A stretch of 64,000 bases of DNA from Auanema rhodensis (taxonomy: Eukaryota; Animalia; Nematoda): assembly GCA_964057225.1 (NCBI GenBank), contig OZ059898.1, positions 21,328,001-21,392,000 on the forward strand, in the 5' to 3' direction. A program made the position numbers and the translations under genes. Under the pieces are notes generated by a model. That model had not been told where the DNA came from and did no database searches. It was given only the letters and a program-made list of their open reading frames with translations. This document shows, in pieces, positions 30,901 to 43,900 of this stretch (its first letter is position 1; the number at the start of each line of letters is the position of its first letter).

Positions 30901-33090
30901 GCTTCACGTGAAAGATAAAGAGATGCGGTTTTCAAAATTAGATTCCCCATGTCCATGTTAGTCTAAAAACAAATTTTTATTGATATTGGTGCATGGTAAC
31001 CATGACTTTGAAATTTACGTGAACTTTAATTTATGCTAATTAAATGTACACGTGATGTGCACTTGGTATGTAACTCGCTTCACGTGAAAGATAAAGAGAT
31101 GCGGTTTTCAAAATTAGATTCCCCAAGTCCATATTAGTCTAATAACAAATTTTTATTGATATTGGTTCATGATAACCATGACTTTGAAATTTACGTGAAC
31201 TTTAATTTATGCTAATTAAATGTACACGTGATGTGCACTTGGTATGTAACTCGCTTCACGTGAAAGATAAAGAGATGCGGTTTTCAAAATTAGATTCCCC
31301 ATGTCCATATTAGTCTAAAAACAAATTATTATCGATATTGGTTCATGGTAACCATGACTTTGAAATTTACGTGAACTTTAATTTATGCTAATTAAATGTA
31401 CACGTGATGTGCACTTGGTATGTAACTCGCTTCACGTGAAAGATAAAGAGATGCGGTTTTCACAATTAGATTCCCCATGTCCATATTAGTCTAAAATCAA
31501 ATTTTTATTGATATTGGTTCATGGTAACCATGACTTTGAAATTTACGTGAACTTTAATTCATGCTAATTAAATGTACACGTGATGTGCACTTGGTATGTA
31601 ACTCGCTTCACGTGGAAGATAAAGAGATGCGGTTTTCAAAATTAGATTCCTCATGTCGATATTAGTCTAAAAACAAATTTTTATTGATATTGGTGCATGG
31701 TAACCATGACTTTGAAATTTACGTGAACTTTAATTTATGCTAATTAAATGTACACGTGATGTGCACTTGGTATGTAACTCGCTTCACGTGAAAGATAAAG
31801 AGATGCAGTTTTCAAAATTAGATTCCTCATGTCCATATTAGTCTAAAAACAAATTTTTATTGATATTGGTTCATGGTAACCATGACTTTGAAATTTACGT
31901 GAACTTTAATTTATGCTAATTAAATGTACACGTGATGTGCACTTGGTATGTAACTCGCTTCACGTGAAAGATAAAGAGATGCGGTTTTCAAAATTAGATT
32001 CTTCATGTCCATATTAGTCTAAAAACAAATTTTTATTGATATTGGTGCATGGTAACCATGACTTTGAAATTTACGTGAACTTTAATTTATGCTAATTAAA
32101 TGTACACGTGATGTGCACTTGGTATGTAACTCGCTTCACGTGAAAGATAAAGAGATGCGGTTTTCAAAATTAGATTCCCCATGTTCATATTAGTCTAAAA
32201 ACAAATTATTATCGATATTGGTTCATGGTAACCATGACTTTGAAATTTACGTGAACTTTAATTTATGCTAATTAAATGTACACGTGATGTGCACTTGGTA
32301 TGTAACTCGCTTCACGTGAAAGATAAAGAGATGAGGTTTTCAAAATTAGATTCCTCATGTCCATATTAGTCTAAAAACAAATTTTTATTGATATTGGTTC
32401 ATGGTAACCATGACTTTGAAATTTACGTGAACTTTAATTTATGCTAATTAAATGTACACGTGATGTGAACTTGGTATGTAACCCGCTTCACGTGAAAGAT
32501 AAAGAGATGCGGTTTTCAAAATTAGATTCCCCATGTCCATGTTAGTCTAAAAACAAATTTTTATTGATATTGGTGCATGGTAACCATGACTTTGAAATTT
32601 ACGTGAACTTTAATTTATGCTAATTAAATGTACACGTGATGTGCACTTGGTATGTAACTCGCTTCACGTGAAAGATAAAGAGATGCGGTTTTCAAAATTA
32701 GATTCCCCAAGTCCATATTAGTCTAAAAACAAATTTTTATTGATATTGGTTCATGATAACCATGACTTTGAAATTTACGTGAACTTTAATTTATGCTAAT
32801 TAAATGTACACGTGATGTGCACTTGGTATGTAACTCGCTTCACGTGAAAGATAAAGAGATGCGGGTTTCAAAATTAGATTCCCCATGTCCATATTAGTCT
32901 AAAAACAAATTTTTATTGATATTGGTTCATGGTAACCATGACTTTGAAATTTACGTGAACTTTAATTTATGCTAATTAAATGTACACGTGATGTGCACTT
33001 GGTATGTAACTCGCTTCACGTGAAAGATAAAGAGATGCGGTTTTCAAAATTAGATTCCCCATGTCCATATTAGTCTAAAAACAAATTTTT
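27960..33090 (+). repeat. 14-monomer (2464 bp) tandem duplication with 9+5 substructure
   Basis: tctaata at ~28675 and ~31139, cttcatg at ~29537 and ~32001, gcgggtttc at ~30397 and ~32861. The gtgaacttgg/ccatgtt monomer occurs at ~28417, 30001, 30881 and 32465. Edges approximate. Confidence 0.85.
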
Positions 33091-33959
33091 ATTGATATTG
33101 GTGCATGGTAACCATGACTTTGAAATTTACGTGAACTTTAATTTATGCTAATTAAATGTACACGTGATGTGCACTTGGTATGTAACTCGCTTCACGTGAA
33201 AGATAAAGAGATGCGGTTTTCAAAATTAGATTCCCCATGTCCATATTAGTCTAAAAACAAATTTTTATTGATATTGGTGCATGGTAACCATGACTTTGAA
33301 ATTTACGTGAACTTTAATTTATGCTAATTAAATGTACACGTGATGTGCACTTGGTATGTAACTCGCTTCACGTGAAAGATAAAGAGATGCGGTTTTCAAA
33401 ATTAGATTCCCCATGTCCATATTAGTCTAAAAACAAATTTTTATTGATATTGGTTCATGGTAACCATGACTTTGAAATTTACGTGAACTTTAATTTATGC
33501 TAATTAAATGTACACGTGATGTGCACTTGGTATGTAACTCGCTTCACGTGAAAGATAAAGAGATGCGGTTTTCAAAATTAGATTCCCCATGTCCATATTA
33601 GTCTAAAAACAAATTTTTATTGATATTGGTGCATGGTAACCATGACTTTGAAATTTACGTGAACTTTAACTTATGCTAATTAAATGTACACGTGATGTGC
33701 ACTTGGTATGTAACCCGCTTCACGTGAAAGATAAAGAGATGCGGTTTTCAAAATTAGATTCCTCATGTCCATATTAGTCTAAAAACAAATTTTAATTGAT
33801 ATTGGTTCATGGTAACCATGACTTTGAAATTTACGTGAACTTTAATTTATGCTAATTAAATGTACACGTGATGTGCACTTGGTATGTAACTCGCTTCACT
33901 TGAAAGATAAAGAGATGCGGTTTTCAAAATTAGATTCCTCATGTCCATATTAGTCTAAA

Positions 33960-35644
33960 AACAAATTTTTATTGATATTGGTGCATGGTAACCATGACTT
34001 TGAAATTTACGTGAAATTTAATTTATGCTAATTAAATGTACACGTGATGTGCACTTGGTATGTAACTCGCTTCACGTGAAAGATAAAGAGATGCGGTTTT
34101 CAAAATTAGATTCCCCATGTCCATATTAGTATAAAAACGAATTTTCATTGATATTGGTGCATGGTAACCATGACTTTGAAATTTACGTGAACTTTGATTT
34201 ATGCTAATTAAATGTACACGTGATGTGCACTTGGTATGTAACTCGCTTCACGTGAAAGATAAAGAGATGCGGTTTTCAAAATTAGATTCCCCATGTCCAT
34301 ATTAGTCTAAAAACAAATTTTTATTGATATTGGTGCATGGTAACCATGACTTTGAAATTTACGTGAACTTTAATTTATGCTAATTAAATGTACACGTGAT
34401 GTGCACTTGGTATGTAACTCGCTTCACGTGAAAGATAAAGAGATGCGGTTTTCAAAATTAGATTCCCCATGTCCATATTAGTCTAAAAACAAATTTTTAT
34501 TGATATTGGTTCATGGTAACCATGACTTTGAAATTTACGTGAACTTTAATTTATGCTAATTAAATGTACACGTGATGTGCACTTGGTATGTAACTCGCTT
34601 CACGTGAAAGATAAAGAGATGCGGTTTTCAAAATTAGATTCCCCATGTCCATATTAGTCTAAAAACAAATTTTTATTGATATTGGTGCATGGTAACCATG
34701 ACTTTGAAATTTACGTGAAATTTAATTTATGCTAATTAAATGTACACGTGATGTGCACTTGGTATGTAACTCGCTTCACGTGAAAGATAAAGAGATGCGG
34801 TTTTCAAAATTAGATTCCCCATGTCCATATTAGTATAAAAACGAATTTTCATTGATATTGGTGCATGGTAACCATGACTTTGAAATTTACGTGAACTTTG
34901 ATTTATGCTAATTAAATGTACACGTGATGTGCACTTGGTATGTAACTCGCTTCACGTGAAAGATAAAGAGATGCGGTTTTCAAAATTAGATTCCCCATGT
35001 CCATATTAGTCTAAAAACAAATTTTTATTGATATTGGTGCATGGTAACCATGACTTTGAAATTTACGTGAACTTTAATTTATGCTAATTAAATGTACACG
35101 TGATGTGCACTTGGTATGTAACTCGCTTCACGTGAAAGATAAAGAGATGCGGTTTTCAAAATTAGATTCCCCATGTCCATATTAGTCTAAAAACAAATTT
35201 TTATTGATATTGGTTCATGGTAACCATGACTTTGAAATTTACGTGAACTTTAATTTATGCTAATTAAATGTACACGTGATGTGCACTTGGTATGTAACTC
35301 GCTTCACGTGAAAGATAAAGAGATGCGGTTTTCAAAATTAGATTCCCCATGTCCATATTAGTCTAAAAACAAATTTTTATTGATATTGGTGCATGGTAAC
35401 CATGACTTTGAAATTTACGTGAAATTTAATTTATGCTAATTAAATGTACACGTGATGTGCACTTGGTATGTAACTCGCTTCACGTGAAAGATAAAGAGAT
35501 GCGGTTTTCAAAATTAGATTCCCCATGTCCATATTAGTATAAAAACGAATTTTCATTGATATTGGTGCATGGTAACCATGACTTTGAAATTTACGTGAAC
35601 TTTGATTTATGCTAATTAAATGTACACGTGATGTGCACTTGGTA
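33960..35644 (+). repeat. 4-monomer (704 bp) higher-order repeat, truncated by the inversion
   Basis: The gtataaaaacgaattttc variant has its diagnostic A at 34131, 34835 and 35539, each preceded by gtgaaattt and followed by tttgat. Confidence 0.88.
35642..35644. other. Left inversion breakpoint, 3-bp microhomology GTA
   Basis: Forward ...gtgcacttg[gta]tgtaac is joined to reverse ...ttcac[gta]aatttcaaag, giving the observed gtgcacttg-gta-aatttcaaag. Confidence 0.95.
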
Positions 35645-35799
35645 AATTTCAAAGTCATGGTTACCATGAACCAATATCAATAAAAATTTGTTTTTAGACT
35701 AATATGGACATGGGGAATCTAATTTTGAAAACCGCATCTCTTTATCTTTCACGTGAAGCGGGTTACATACCAAGTGCACATCACGTGTACATTTAATTA

Positions 35800-35802
35800 G
35801 CA
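35800..35802. other. Out-of-register junction inside the inversion (44 bp missing modulo 176), 3-bp microhomology GCA
   Basis: Observed atttaatta[gca]ccaatatc. The normal reverse monomer has 44 more bases (taaattaaagttcacgtaaatttcaaagtcatggttaccatgca) between these points. Confidence 0.93.
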
Positions 35803-38800
35803 CCAATATCAATAAAAATTTGTTTTTAGACTAATATGGACATGGGAAATCTAATTTTGAAAACCGCATCTCTTTATCTTTCACGTGAAGCGAGTTACAT
35901 ACCAAGTGCACATCACGTGTACATTTAATTAGCATAAATTAAAGTTCACGTAAATTTCAAAGTCATGGTTACCATGAACCAATATCAATAAAAATTTGTT
36001 TTTAGACTAATATGGACATGAGGAATCTAATTTCGAAAACCGCATCTCTTTATCTTTCACGTGAAGCGAGTTACATACCAAGTGCACATCACGTGTACAT
36101 TTAATTAGCATAAATTAAAGTTCACGTAAATTTCAAAGTCATGGTTACCATGAACCAATATCGATAAAAATTTGTTTTTAGACTAATATGGACATAGGGA
36201 ATCTAATTTTGAAAACCGCATCTCTTTATCTTTCACGTGAAGCGAGTTACATACCAAGTGCACATCACGTGTACATTTAATTAGCATAAATTAAAGTTCA
36301 CGTAAATTTCAAAGTCATGGTTACCATGCACCAATATCAATAAAAATTTGTTTTTAGACTAATATGGACATGGGGAATCTAATTTTGAAAACCGCATCTC
36401 TTTATCTTTCACGTGAAGCGAGTTACATACCAAGTGCACATCACGTGTACATTTAATTAGCATAAATTAAAGTTCACGTAAATTTCAAAGTCATGGTTAC
36501 CATGAACCAATATCGATAAAAATTTGTTTTTAGACTAATATGGACATGGGGAATCTAATTTTGAAAACCCCATCTCTTTATCTTTCACGTGAAGCGAGTT
36601 ACATACCAAGTGCACATCACGTGTACATTCAATTAGCATAAATTAAAGTTCACGTAAATTTCAAAGTCATGGTTACCATGAACCAATATCGATAAAAATT
36701 TGTTTTTAGACTAATATGGACATGGGGAATCTAATTTTGAAAACCCCATCTCTTTATCTTTCACGTGAAGCGAGTTACATACCAAGTGCACATCACGTGT
36801 ACATTTAATTAGCATAAATTAAAGTTCACGTAAATTTCAAAGTCATGGTTACCATGAACCAATATCGATAAAAATTTGTTTTTAGACTAATATGGACATA
36901 GGGAATCTAATTTTGAAAACCGCATCTCTTTATCTTTCACGTGAAGCGAGTTACATACCAAGTGCACATCACGTGTACATTTAATTAGCATAAATTAAAG
37001 TTCACGTAAATTTCAAAGTCATGGTTACCATGCACCAATATCAATAAAAATTTGTTTTTAGACTAATATGGACATGGGGAATCTAATTTTGAAAACCGCA
37101 TCTCTTTATCTTTCACGTGAAGCGAGTTACATACCAAGTGCACATCACGTGTACATTTAATTAGCATAAATTAAAGTTCACGTAAATTTCAAAGTCATGG
37201 TTACCATGAACCAATATCGATAAAAATTTGTTTTTAGACTAATATGGACATAGGGAATCTAATTTTGAAAACCGCATCTCTTTATCTTTCACGTGAAGCG
37301 AGTTACATACCAAGTGCACATCACGTGTACATTTAATTAGCATAAATTAAAGTTCACGTAAATTTCAAAGTCATGGTTACCATGCACCAATATCAATAAA
37401 AATTTGTTTTTAGACTAATATGGACATGGGGAATCTAATTTTGAAAACCGCATCTCTTTATCTTTCACGTGAAGCGAGTTACATACCAAGTGCACATCAC
37501 GTGTACATTTAATTAGCATAAATTAAAGTTCACGTAAATTTCAAAGTCATGGTTACCATGAACCAATATCAATAAAAATTTGTTTTTAGACTAATATGGA
37601 CATGAGGAATCTAATTTCGAAAACCGCATCTCTTTATCTTTCACGTGAAGCGAGTTACATACCAAGTGCACATCACGTGTACATTTAATTAGCATAAATT
37701 AAAGTTCACGTAAATTTCAAAGTCATGGTTACCATGCACCAATATCAATAAAAATTTGTTTTTAGACTAATATGGACATGGGGAATCTAATTTTGAAAAC
37801 CGCATCTCTTTATCTTTCACGTGAAGCGGGTTACATACCAAGTGCACATCACGTGTACATTTAATTAGCATAAATCAAAGTTCACGTAAATTTCAAAGTC
37901 ATGGTTACCATGCACCAATATCAATAAAAATTTGTTTTTAGACTAATATGGACATGGGAAATCTAATTTTGAAAACCGCATCTCTTTATCTTTCACGTGA
38001 AGCGAGTTACATACCAAGTGCACATCACGTGTACATTTAATTAGCATAAATTAAAGTTCACGTAAATTTCAAAGTCATGGTTACCATGAACCAATATCAA
38101 TAAAAATTTGTTTTTAGACTAATATGGACTTGGGGAATCTAATTTTGGAAACCGCATCTCTTTATCTTTCACGTGAAGCGAGTTACATACCAAGTGCACA
38201 TCACGTGTACATTTAATTAGCATAAATTAAAGTTCACGTAAATTTCAAAGTCATGGTTACCATGAACCAATATCAATAAAAATTTGTTTTTAGACTAATA
38301 TGAACATCGGGAATCTAATTTTGAAAACCGCATCTCTTTATCTTTCACGTGAAGCGAGTTACATACCAAGTGCACATCATGTGTACATTTAATTAGCATA
38401 AATTAAAGTTCACGTAAATTTCAAAGTCATGGTTACCATGCACCAATATCAATAAAAATTTGTTTTTAGACTAATATGGACATGGGGAATCTAATTTTGA
38501 AAACCGCATCTCTTTATCTTTCACGTGAAGCGAGTTACATACCAAGTGCACATCACGTGTACATTTGATTAGCATAAATTAAAGTTCACGTAAATTTCAA
38601 AGTCATATTTACCATGCACCAATATCAATAAAAATTTGTTTTTAGACTAATATGGACATGGGGAATCTAATTTTGAAAACCGCATCTCTTTATCTTTCAC
38701 GTGAAGCGAGTTACATACCAAGTGCACATCACGTGTACATTTGATTAGCATAAATTAAAGTTCACGTAAATTTCAAAGTCATGGTTACCATGAACCAATA

Positions 38801-40970
38801 TCAATAAAAATTTGTTTTTAGACTAATATGAACATCGGGAATCTAATTTTGATAACCGCATCTCTTTATCTTTCACGTGAAGCGAGTTACATACCAAGTG
38901 CACATCATGTGTACATTTAATTAGCATAAATTAAAGTTCACGTAAATTTCAAAGTCATGGTTACCATGCACCAATATCAATAAAAATTTGTTTTTAGACT
39001 AATTTGGACATGGGGAATCTAATTTTGAAAACCGCATCTCTTTATCTTTCACGTGAAGCGAGTTACATACCAAGTGCACATCATGTGTACATTTAATTAG
39101 CATAAATTAAAGTTCACGTAAATTTCAAAGTCATGGTTACCATGCACCAATATCAATAAAAATTTGTTTTTAGACTAATTTGGACATGGGGAATCTAATT
39201 TTGAAAACCGCATCTCTTTATCTTTCACGTGAAGCGAGTTACATACCAAGTGCACATCATGTGTACATTTAATTAGCATAAATTAAAGTTCACGTAAATT
39301 TCAAAGTCATGGTTACCATGCACCAATATCAATAAAAATTTGTTTTTAGACTAATATGGACATGGGGAATCTAATTTTGAAAACCGCATCTCTTTATCTT
39401 TCACGTGAAGCGAGTTACATACCAAGTGCACATCACGTGTACATTTGATTAGCATAAATTAAAGTTCACGTAAATTTCAAAGTCATGGTTACCATGAACC
39501 AATATCAATAAAAATTTGTTTTTAGACTAATATGAACATCGGGAATCTAATTTTGAAAACCGCATCTCTTTATCTTTCACGTGAAGCGAGTTACATACCA
39601 AGTGCACATCATGTGTACATTTAATTAGCATAAATTAAAGTTCACGTAAATTTCAAAGTCATGGTTACCATGCACCAATATCAATAAAAATTTGTTTTTA
39701 GACTAATATGGACATGGGGAATCTAATTTTGAAAACCGCATCTCTTTATCTTTCACGTGAAGCGAGTTACATACCAAGTGCACATCACGTGTACATTTGA
39801 TTAGCATAAATTAAAGTTCACGTAAATTTCAAAGTCATGGTTACCATGAACCAATATCAATAAAAATTTGTTTTTAGACTAATATGAACATCGGGAATCT
39901 AATTTTGAAAACCGCATCTCTTTATCTTTCACGTGAAGCGAGTTACATACCAAGTGCACATCATGTGTACATTTAATTAGCATAAATTAAAGTTCACGTA
40001 AATTTCAAAGTCATGGTTACCATGCACCAATATCAATAAAAATTTGTTTTTAGACTAATATGGACATGGGGAATCTAATTTTGAAAACCGCATCTCTTTA
40101 TCTTTCACGTGAAGCGAGTTACATACCAAGTGCACATCACGTGAACATTTAATTAGCTTAAATTAAAGTTCACGTAAATTTCAAAGTCATGGTTACCATG
40201 CACCAATATCAATAAAAATTTGTTTTTAGACTAATATGGACATGGGGAATCTAATTTTGAAAACCGCATCTCTTTATCTTTCACGTGAAGCGAGTTACAT
40301 ACCAAGTGCACATCACGTGTACATTTAATTAGCATAAATTAAAGTTCACGTAAATTTCAAAGTCATGGTTACCATGAACCAATATCAATAAAAATTTGTT
40401 TTTAGACTAATATGGACATGGGGAATCTAATTTTGAAAACCGCATCTCTTTATCTTTCACGTGAAGCGAGTTACATACCAAGTGCACATCACGTGTACAT
40501 TTAATTAGCATAAATTAAAGTTCACGTAAATTTCAAAGTCATGGTTACCATGCACCAATATCAATAAAAATTTGTTTTTAGACTAATATGGACATGGGGA
40601 ATCTAATTTTGAAAACCGCATCTCTTTATCTTTCACGTGAAGCGAGTTACATACCAAGTGCACATCACGTGTACATTTAATTAGCATAAATTAAAGTTCA
40701 CGTAAATTTCAAAGTCATGGTTACCATGCACCAATATCAATAAAAATTTGTTTTTAGACTAATATGGACATGGGGAATCTAATTTTGAAAACCGCATCTC
40801 TTTATCTTTCACGTGAAGCGAGTTACATACCAAGTGCACATCACGTGTACATTTAATTAGCATAAATTAAAGTTCACGTAAATTTCAAAGTCATGGTTAC
40901 CATGAACCAATATCAATAAAAATTTGTTTTTAGACTAATATGGACATGGGGAATCTAATTTTGAAACCCG

Positions 40971-40972
40971 CA
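40971..40972. other. Right inversion breakpoint, 2-bp microhomology CA
   Basis: Reverse ...ttgaaacccg[ca]tctc is joined to forward ...aaaaa[ca]aatttttattg. Confidence 0.95.
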
Positions 40973-43900
40973 AATTTTTATTGATATTGGTGCATGGTAA
41001 CCATGACTTTGAAATTTACGTGAACTTTAATTTATGCTAATTAAATGTACACGTGATGTGCACTTGGTATGTAACTCGCTTCACGTGAAAGATAAAGAGA
41101 TGCGGTTTTCAAAATTAGATTCCCCATGTCCATATTAGTCTAAAAACAAATTTTTATTGATATTGGTGCATGGTAACCATGACTTTGAAATTTACGTGAA
41201 CTTTAATTTATGCTAATTAAATGTACACGTGATGTGCACTTGGTATGTAACTCGCTTCACGTGAAAGATAAAGAGATGCGGTTTTCAAAATTAGATTCCC
41301 CATGTCCATATTAGTCTAAAAACAAATTTTTATTGATATTGGTTCATGGTAACCATGACTTTGAAATTTACGTGAACTTTAATTTATGCTAATTAAATGT
41401 ACACGTGATGTGCACTTGGTATGTAACTCGCTTCACGTGAAAGATAAAGAGATGCGGTTTTCAAAATTAGATTCCCCATGTCCATATTAGTCTAAAAACA
41501 AATTTTTATTGATATTGGTGCATGGTAACCATGACTTTGAAATTTACGTGAACTTTAATTTAAGCTAATTAAATGTTCACGTGATGTGCACTTGGTATGT
41601 AACTCGCTTCACGTGAAAGATAAAGAGATGCGGTTTTCAAAATTAGATTCCCCATGTCCATATTAGTCTAAAAACAAATTTTTATTGATATTGGTGCATG
41701 GTAACCATGACTTTGAAATTTACGTGAACTTTAATTTATGCTAATTAAATGTACACATGATGTGCACTTGGTATGTAACTCGCTTCACGTGAAAGATAAA
41801 GAGATGCGGTTTTCAAAATTAGATTCCCGATGTTCATATTAGTCTAAAAACAAATTTTTATTGATATTGGTTCATGGTAACCATGACTTTGAAATTTACG
41901 TGAACTTTAATTTATGCTAATCAAATGTACACGTGATGTGCACTTGGTATGTAACTCGCTTCACGTGAAAGATAAAGAGATGCGGTTTTCAAAATTAGAT
42001 TCCCCATGTCCATATTAGTCTAAAAACAAATTTTTATTGATATTGGTGCATGGTAACCATGACTTTGAAATTTACGTGAACTTTAATTTATGCTAATTAA
42101 ATGTACACATGATGTGCACTTGGTATGTAACTCGCTTCACGTGAAAGATAAAGAGATGCGGTTTTCAAAATTAGATTCCCGATGTTCATATTAGTCTAAA
42201 AACAAATTTTTATTGATATTGGTGCATGGTAACCATGACTTTGAAATTTACGTGAACTTCAATTTATGCTAATTAAATGTACACATGATGTGCACTTGGT
42301 ATGTAACTCGCTTCACGTGAAAGATAAAGAGATGCGGTTATCAAAATTAGATTCCCGATGTTCATATTAGTCTAAAAACAAATTTTTATTGATATTGGTT
42401 CATGGTAACCATGACTTTGAAATTTACGTGAACTTTAATTTATGCTAATCAAATGTACACGTGATGTGCACTTGGTATGTAACTCGCTTCACGTGAAAGA
42501 TAAAGAGATGCGGTTTTCAAAATTAGATTCCCCATGTCCATATTAGTCTAAAAACAAATTTTTATTGATATTGGTGCATGGTAAATATGACTTTGAAATT
42601 TACGTGAACTTTAATTTATGCTAATCAAATGTACACGTGATGTGCACTTGGTATGTAACTCGCTTCACGTGAAAGATAAAGAGATGCGGTTTTCAAAATT
42701 AGATTCCCCATGTCCATATTAGTCTAAAAACAAATTTTTATTGATATTGGTGCATGGTAACCATGACTTTGAAATTTACGTGAACTTTAATTTATGCTAA
42801 TTAAATGTACACATGATGTGCACTTGGTATGTAACTCGCTTCACGTGAAAGATAAAGAGATGCGGTTTTCAAAATTAGATTCCCGATGTTCATATTAGTC
42901 TAAAAACAAATTTTTATTGATATTGGTTCATGGTAACCATGACTTTGAAATTTACGTGAACTTTAATTTATGCTAATTAAATGTACACGTGATGTGCACT
43001 TGGTATGTAACTCGCTTCACGTGAAAGATAAAGAGATGCGGTTTCCAAAATTAGATTCCCCAAGTCCATATTAGTCTAAAAACAAATTTTTATTGATATT
43101 GGTTCATGGTAACCATGACTTTGAAATTTACGTGAACTTTAATTTATGCTAATTAAATGTACACGTGATGTGCACTTGGTATGTAACTCGCTTCACGTGA
43201 AAGATAAAGAGATGCGGTTTTCAAAATTAGATTTCCCATGTCCATATTAGTCTAAAAACAAATTTTTATTGATATTGGTGCATGGTAACCATGACTTTGA
43301 AATTTACGTGAACTTTGATTTATGCTAATTAAATGTACACGTGATGTGCACTTGGTATGTAACCCGCTTCACGTGAAAGATAAAGAGATGCGGTTTTCAA
43401 AATTAGATTCCCCATGTCCATATTAGTCTAAAAACAAATTTTTATTGATATTGGTGCATGGTAACCATGACTTTGAAATTTACGTGAACTTTAATTTATG
43501 CTAATTAAATGTACACGTGATGTGCACTTGGTATGTAACTCGCTTCACGTGAAAGATAAAGAGATGCGGTTTTCGAAATTAGATTCCTCATGTCCATATT
43601 AGTCTAAAAACAAATTTTTATTGATATTGGTTCATGGTAACCATGACTTTGAAATTTACGTGAACTTTAATTTATGCTAATTAAATGTACACGTGATGTG
43701 CACTTGGTATGTAACTCGCTTCACGTGAAAGATAAAGAGATGCGGTTTTCAAAATTAGATTCCCCATGTCCATATTAGTCTAAAAACAAATTTTTATTGA
43801 TATTGGTGCATGGTAACCATGACTTTGAAATTTACGTGAACTTTAATTTATGCTAATTAAATGTACACGTGATGTGCACTTGGTATGTAACTCGCTTCAC

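Larger units (their letters stand above)
1..35644 (+). repeat. 176-bp tandem satellite array, forward block 1 (~202.5 monomers, no net indel)
   Basis: Consensus TTATTGATATTGG(T/G at position 15: ggttcat/ggtgcat)...CATGGTAACCATGACTTTGAAATTTACGTGAACTTTAATTTATGCTAATTAAATGTACACGTGATGTGCACTTGGTATGTAACTCGCTTCACGTGAAAGATAAAGAGATGCGGTTTTCAAAATTAGATTCCCCATGTCCATATTAGTCTAAAAACAAATTT. It restarts at 1, 177, 881, 2641, 5281 ... 35553 (=1+176x202). Monomers differ by only a few substitutions. Confidence 0.99.
35642..40972 (-). repeat. Inverted block of the same 176-bp satellite (~30.5 monomers)
   Basis: The sequence reads as the reverse complement of the monomer (gtaaatttcaaagtcatggttaccatgaaccaatatcaataaaaatttg...) from 35642 to ...ttgaaacccgca at 40972. 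Confidence 0.99.

Noticed and set aside
35440-35667. 75-aa minus-strand ORF (MVTMTLKFTK...)
   Set aside because: It is made entirely of satellite sequence. It is open only because it crosses the inversion junction and local SNPs (tttgat, gtataaa) remove stop codons. It shows no recognisable protein motif or gene context.
35642-40972. Transposon insertion or recombinase-controlled invertible switch
   Set aside because: The block contains only satellite monomers, with no terminal repeats, target-site duplication or coding sequence. The two breakpoints are at different monomer positions with unrelated microhomologies, and the event involves copy gain.
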